The notes beneath the pieces were generated by a model. It saw only the letters and a list, made by a program, of their open reading frames with translations. It ran no database searches and had not been told where the DNA came from. DNA of 25,917 nt, from contig OZ316898.1 of NCBI GenBank assembly GCA_973895155.1, forward strand, positions 10,721,738 to 10,747,654, written 5' to 3'. A program made the position numbers and the translations under genes. The stretch comes from Marsupella aquatica (lineage: Eukaryota; Plantae; Marchantiophyta). Of the stretch, positions 19,222-25,917 are shown one piece after another. How positions within the stretch are numbered: position 1 is the first letter of the stretch; each line of letters starts with the position of its first letter.

Positions 19222-22116
19222 ATGAGGCACTCCAATTCCGCAAACACTGCACAACGTCACGACCGTACGAGATGTTTTCTTCTAATGGGGACTGCAATTG
19301 TGCTGCAAATGGTGCTCACTGTTCTCGGGGACAACGCCGTCGACCCGCCAACACCAGACGTGGTACTCAAAGATTTGTTCCCGAAAACCAATTTCCATCA
19401 AGCGCTCTTTGCAATGTGGGAGCCCGATCATGCCGGGGTTTCGCTGGACGAATCATCAGTAACTCTGATGCTTGACCAAATGTCAGGTATTTTGTCTTCC
19501 TCATCATGCACATCCAGGTTCAATCCTTGCAACGCTTCAACTTCAATCAGATTGTAAATCTTCACTGCGCTCGCAGGCCAAGTCGTCAAGATAAGCACTC
19601 AAGGGTCTATATCTAGCTAGAGATTGAACTGAATGGGAAACAGAAAGTTCTGTGGAGTCAAATCATTATCTGAACAGCTGCTCTTCCTACTTTGATTTGT
19701 TCTCCATCACAGTACATATTCGCTCCTGTACTCATCATCCACTGGCCAATATTTCTAGCTCAAGAAAAACTCTGACCCCGAGATGAGCTGCGAATGCATC
19801 GTTCCAATGCGGTAATGTAGTGCGAGTGCCTTTTCACGAATATCTCTAGGCTTCTGGATATATTCACTTGAGCTCGACAGTGTTTTTCCTTGGTTCGTTC
19901 TACAATGCCAACAGGGCAACGAGCTGTTCAACACACATGTAGACAAGTCTCCCTATAATCAACACTTTCTCCTTGTGAACGATGCAATTATGATACTGCA
20001 TTTGCTGTGGACCACTCTCGCCCATGATCTGACTATTTTGTTTCAGGAGTTCTCTTCAAGGGTAGATGAGTCTTGTCTGACTATAAAAATCCCTCGAACC
20101 GAACGTGTGAGCTCAAGGGCACAAATCTTCAATCCTCGTCTGGTTAGGGTTAATGCTCTGAAACTACTCAGAGTCAGAGGTTTACTGAGCTAGGATTTTG
20201 TGTCCTATTTTTGCAGGTTGTGGGATCAAATCTATAGACAACTTCTTTCATGGTTTTTTTAGCGCCTCCATAAAGCTCCCGGGCAATTACACAGCTGGAG
20301 TGGTGACAACGTTCTACGTAAGCCTCAATACTGTTCCTTCACTTGTTTAATGCTATCATTGCTGGGTATGTCCTTAGTTAACTTAGCGAGTCAGAAGTGC
20401 CATAAAATATATCTGAAGGAAAAACTTTAACACATGTCTAATTGTGTAAGCTATTTTCGTTGTGAATGATCGGCATTCCTTCTGAGTGTGTTCTTTTTCT
20501 AGAAAATCCGCAGAGTTTAAGCCAGTTGTTGAATTTCAAAAGAATTCACTGACCTTGGTTAGATTCTAACTGTGCTACTGGATTACAATTAATTTTCCAG
20601 ATGTCAAACAACCAGGCATTCCCTAAAACTCACGACGAAATGGACTTTGAATTTTTGGGAACAATACCAGGCGAGCCTTACACTATTCAGACGAATATTT
20701 ATAGTGACGGACAAACAAAGGTAGGACGAGAGCAGCGATTCAGATTGTGGTTTGACCCCACAGAAGATTTTCACGACTACAGTTTTCTATGGAACTCCAA
20801 CCATACTGTGTAAGCTTTCTGTTTCCCATTTAGTCCAGTCTTTATATATGCTTATCCTTACTAATCCATTATAATTCTCACACTATCTTTAAATAGTGCA
20901 TTGTACACTACATTCAACTTCTTCTCTCAAACATAGACCAGACTTATCTTCGGACTTTAGAGATTCTTTGACAGTTGCTAGTTAGGATCTTTTTGGCAGA
21001 TATGTATGTCCATTCCGTTGGTACCTTCTGGTGGTCCTCTTCGCCTCGTACTTCCTGCAGCTTTGAAGCCAAGGCAGTTGAACTATTGTAGGTTTGATCA
21101 AGGTGGGGTTAGCACATGCAGGTCGTCTGCTAGTTGCTAGCTATATATATAGCTCTTAAAACCGAATTTTCCTATTGTAGCTTGTGGTCCTGAGATGTAC
21201 ATTCCTGTCTTCGCTTTAAGAGACTACCATTTGTGGATAGTAGTACTCTGAACTCCACCAGTACGGCACATTCTGGAGAATTAATTTGCGTGAGCGAAAT
21301 TTTTGATTCGGTAATAGTCGATCTACTCCTATGTATCCAAGTACTGAAAATTCTTAATTGGGCAGCGCTAGTCTCTCTTCGTACAATGAATCTCTGTCTG
21401 GGTCGCTAACGTCTTGTAAGGTGTCTAACTGATCACATATATCAGACTGAACTATTTATATGTACGGTGTATAGTGGACGCCTCTAAGTGCCAGATGATC
21501 AGCTTAGACAATCAAAGACACCACACACGACGGGTATGCATGGTTTTAGAGGCGTCAACCGTACCGACGATGTGGTCCAAGTGCCAGGCGAATGATTTAC
21601 CGCTGTGTTCATATGATTATTTGCAGATTCTTCGTGGACAGCATTCCTATTTGGGAGTTTCCGAATCTGAAGGGAATGGGGAATGCATACCCTTCCAAAG
21701 AAATGGCCCTCTTCGGCACAATCTGGGACGCCTCTAGGTGGGCCACAGATGGAGGGCGATACAGAGTGGACTACGCCTTCCAACCATTTGTTGCGACGTA
21801 CTCCGACTTCGTTGTCACTGGCTGTTCTCAGTTCGACCCTTCCAATTCTCCCGATAGCTGTCCACCTATCTTTAACGACAAAATCCCACCCGGATTGACC
21901 AAAGCACAGCTTAATGCCCTGCATTGGGTTCAAGCAAACCATAGATTTTATTCCTACTGCACAGACATCGACCGGTACCCTGATACGTCCTTGATACCAG
22001 AATGCGAAAGCGAGAGAGCACAAGGTCCTTCATTATATAAGGCGGCCACACCCGCATACCTCGAAGAAACGTTTATACATATTCCTGTTCATTCCGAGCT
22101 CCTGATACATCCCTAG
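19222..22116 (+). CDS. XTH: Xyloglucan endotransglucosylase/hydrolase (GH16), group III-like, 4 exons, ~354 aa
   Basis: Exons 19222-19486, 20217-20317 (101 nt, the usual XTH exon 2 size), 20601-20809 and 21627-22116 join in frame (1065 nt). Hydrophobic signal-like stretch, [20 protein letters not shown], catalytic [46 protein letters not shown], and XET C-terminal YSYCTD..RYP....PEC. The start may be a later in-frame ATG. Confidence 0.95.
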
Positions 22117-23825
22117 TCCCCTTATAATTGCTTGATCTGGATAGACCACACAATCAGAACATGGCCTCTGTACACACGAAATTATCAAACTCGATCGATT
22201 CATGGCCTTCAGTCCCGGCCCTCACAGCTTCCAGACGGCCCATATCCAATTCAGCCACATTAGTCAAGCAAAATTCAACGAGTTCGTATCCGGCACAGAT
22301 GTTATGCACGTTCATCAGAGACCTGCATTGAAGCAGACGGTGATCGACGTGGCATACTGTGAAAGGGTGAATTGTCCTGATCACACATACATGGTAGCTG
22401 GAGAAATTTGATCGATCCAAGTCCGATGATTTCTAGGCATGTTCATCATGACCTTGGAGTGACCCCGACGACGTATTGATCACAACTCACGTACAGTTGT
22501 TACCCTGCATTGAATTATAGCATCACAGCATAGATTAATTGTTCACCTAGCTAGCGGGGAGATCACATTAATTCCTCACCTCCCATGTATTTAATTGGAG
22601 CTTCTTTAGTAGCTTGATATTTAATTTTCCTAGCTCGATATCAGAATCCTGATTTCTGATGTGTAGCAGTTATGTAGCTTAATTGAACTCTCATTCGCTC
22701 GCGTCGATCATCACTCATCCCGATTCAGTATATTTTCGATCACATGGTAGTCTGTGTTACATTCCAATCGAAGTTCTTTATTGAGTCCCCGATTGCGTCA
22801 CTGCTGTTGTTTTGATTGACCATATCTGTCAGTTGTTGTCTGCTACGTACGTACTGTGGTTTTCTGATCAGCGGCTATTCCTCTTCTGCTGTCTAAGTAG
22901 ACACAGGTGGATGATCGGTGATCTCAGTTACTTAGCTAAGGTGTTAAGTCTGATCTCGAGATTCGAGTGAGTTCCCATTTTTATTAGCGACCACTTGATT
23001 CCTGTTTGGCTCCTCTCCATAAGATCCACGTACCCCCTGAATTTCTTTCTCCAATAAATCTAGGTCCAACGTCCAGTATGTTTGTTTTGGATCTTGACGC
23101 CTCCGGGCAGCTTTGGTCTACTTAGGCGGGAGCGTCATCTCTCTTTCGAATTGATACATAGCAGACTAGCTTTCTCACTTGTCAAGCATCTGTTTCCTAG
23201 CTTTCCCTGAAGTAATGCCGTGTGCGAACATTCTCATTTGCGGCTCCCATTAATTTTTCAATGTGATAATATCATAACAGACTCGTACCGTAACGACATC
23301 GATCATCCCTTCCGGACCACTTGGTAACTACCAGCAAGGCTTGCAAGAAGCGCACAGCCTACTAAGGAGGATGGATACAGCACCAAATGAGTGCTTGAAT
23401 TCAAGCTTTCTTTGACATCGCCCCAACGAAAGAGTACAGGGAAGAGTACTTGTAAATATTGTAATTGAAGCAGAGAAGACTGTCGACCACTTTCATGTAT
23501 CTGCCTGGTATCCAGAGTAGAGCTTCAATCACATTAATTTGACGCATGTGTACTTGTTCCAAGTTTGTTTCGAAGTCCAAAACTCAAATAACGAAAGTCA
23601 GTAATTTTATAATAATTGAGTATACGTAACTTAGTAATCACTAGTCACCTATAATGAAGTGAAAGCACAGAAATTTGACATATGATGCCCGGATGAGCAG
23701 AGCTCGTGTTTCACTTTGCTCCAAACGCCATTATTATATGTAAATATGCATTTGACCGGTACTGAAAGGGTTCGGATACTTGATAAGTACGTGAGCAAAC
23801 TAGTCTCAATACTGGATTAATACTC

Positions 23826-23987
23826 CTCTGGTACGTATTCTGTTCATGCAACGGCCTTAGTTCTCATTCAACTGAAGGGGTTCCCTGGTACAGCAACGGT
23901 TTACTCTGGTAATTATTCTGTCCATGCAACGGCCTTAGTCCTCATTCTCATTCAAGTGAATGAGTTCCCTGGTACAACAATGGTTAC
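23826..23987. repeat. ~78-bp diverged tandem duplication
   Basis: CTCTGGTA..TATTCTGT.CATGCAACGGCCTTAGT..GTTCCCTGGTACA.CAA.GGTT at 23826 and 23904. Confidence 0.88.
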
Positions 23988-25064
23988 CGTGTGTATAACC
24001 TCATACACACGGTGTGACTACAAAGTAGAAATTGACACTCCTAGCCCTATTTAAACGTTTGATTTCACGATTGACAACAGATAAGTTACTGTCGAATCTA
24101 CATTTTAGGATGCATGGTCTTAATTGATATTCAAACGTTGTTTAATGCTGTGCCAGAAAGTGCTTAACGGGGAATCCTGAGCCAATTCAACAGTGGTGAT
24201 CCGTCCGGGGATCCGTCCGAGCCCAGTTATCTGGCGTTTATCTGGTGCTTTCTGTAACATGCATGCAAAGATGGAATGGCTGGCTGTAGGCTTCTTCTCC
24301 CTTATGGTTTGCCCGTTTGGGGGCATTTATTTGGTTTGGATGGAAGCAGGCAATAAATGATTGACAATGGCTACATATATTCTAGGGAGGGTTCCATTCA
24401 CTCTACGAAAATTCCACTCATATTAAACAAAGTGAGGGACATTTGACTCATAATCATCATTTCATTTCCTATATAATTAAGAAAAGGATTAGTAAGGAGA
24501 ACAGAAATGAAATAGATGCCACGATCAGTCTTTTATCTAAGGTTGCCCAATACAGCCGGGATAATGGAATCACAGAGGCAGCAATATATCAATGTACAGA
24601 AAAAACGCTATTCCAAGTAGAGAGAGTGATCATGAAGAATGTTATTCGAGCATATTGCATGTTTGCAGAGATTTGAATGTTTACTTTGATCATCCAAATG
24701 TGTCCAGGAGACAAAGACTTCGCCTTGAATTCAAGTTTTGAGTAATTAACAAATTAATCCCAATAAAACAGGACAAACTATGTTGATGTTGCAATGCTGT
24801 CGCCATCAGATTATGTTGGGGATTATCCTGGGGCACACAACTCTTATATAATAGATAGAGGTCTACATTTTTATTGGGCCCTAGCTACATGCTGGCTCTA
24901 AACAATATTGAAAATAAGAAAATCTTGATGGATTTTCCATTGTAAAAAACATAGGGAAAGTATGGCTAAATTGCTCATTTTCCAAATAACTATGACATCA
25001 AAAATATTTCTCTAAGTTTGAACAATCTTTATATAAATCTCCCAAGCCCCTCTGACTACTAAGA

Positions 25065-25131
25065 AAAGCCATGTACATTAATTCAATATGTTTTACACAT
25101 TGAAACATATTGAATTAATGTACATGGCTTT
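25065..25131. repeat. Perfect 29-bp inverted repeat with 9-nt spacer
   Basis: AAAGCCATGTACATTAATTCAATATGTTT (25065-25093), spacer TACACATTG, AAACATATTGAATTAATGTACATGGCTTT (25103-25131). Confidence 0.93.
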
Positions 25132-25917
25132 CTACATATGTGGATTTAGTAATACAAGAGTTTAGAAGATGAAAATGGAAATTGTAAGTCTGTGGCATGA
25201 ATATAAACCCATGCCTATTACAAGCCCATATTAAAAACATGTCATATAAGACAGGGATTTTGTAACCAGAAGACTATTGATTTGTGGGTTAGCAACCCTG
25301 TTAGCGACAGGCAGGTACATAGCAGAGGGAACTATGGATCGAAGGCGACAGATTTATTTTCTGATTAATTTAATAGGATAATGATCTTGTGATTAAATTG
25401 TCTAATGCTGCTTTAATTGTATGAACTCACTTTCAATTCAGTCGGACTTAGTTGGTGCCCCGGTTGGTGCAGGCAATTTGCTTCCCTGAATGGCTTGCCT
25501 CAAGCCAAGTCGCAATGTTATGAGTAACTATATATCTTTGTATAGATGCAGCCAGGGTGACTCCACCAGATAGACCGGTGGTGTATCCGTGAACAATAAT
25601 CAAATTGTACTGTTTTCCAAATATCAGTTATCAACTAGCTCAATCCGGGGCTCAACCTTGCAACTCACGGTGATAGATGTTTTCAATGCCATTGACTTGC
25701 ATACATGTATAATGCTCTCACAACCATGCGAAACCATTTTGAATCGCACTAGGATATCTGTCACAATGAGCTGGGAGAGAATTATCATCGGTGATATGGT
25801 TAGTGAGATTTAGATGCAAAGAGTAGAAATCCTGCATATAAGCACTAATTATCTTCAGAGCAAATGTGGCTTTTGGATGAACAATACTCATGGTAGGCTA
25901 GCTCTTCAATGATAAAT

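Noticed and set aside
21139-21154. Palindrome AGCTATATATATAGCT
   Set aside because: Mostly a (TA)n microsatellite; expected by chance.
21499-22023. 174-aa minus-strand ORF
   Set aside because: Antisense shadow of XTH exon 4.

Overview
Eukaryotic land-plant genomic DNA, probably an early-diverging lineage such as a bryophyte (inferred from gene style; species cannot be determined). It carries three + strand intron-containing loci. (1) An intact 11-exon trehalose-6-phosphate phosphatase gene (TPP, 2422-7489, ~406 aa) whose first coding intron is GC-AG. (2) A non-processed VDAC/porin pseudogene (11380-14319) with four lesions, two of which cancel each other's frameshift. (3) A 4-exon group III-like xyloglucan endotransglucosylase/hydrolase (XTH, 19222-22116, ~354 aa). 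The most interesting element is missing from the ORF track: a spliced, apparently non-AUG (UUG)-initiated ~69-codon upstream ORF in the TPP leader (2010-2027 joined to 2231-2422). It resembles the conserved-peptide uORF of plant TPP genes, and its stop codon overlaps the TPP start codon (TAATG). A second candidate uORF (72 aa) sits in what looks like a spliced leader of XTH. Intergenic DNA contains CpG-depleted decayed repeats, many short tandem duplications and a perfect 29-bp inverted repeat. All gene models were read by eye from splice signals and protein motifs; no searches were run.
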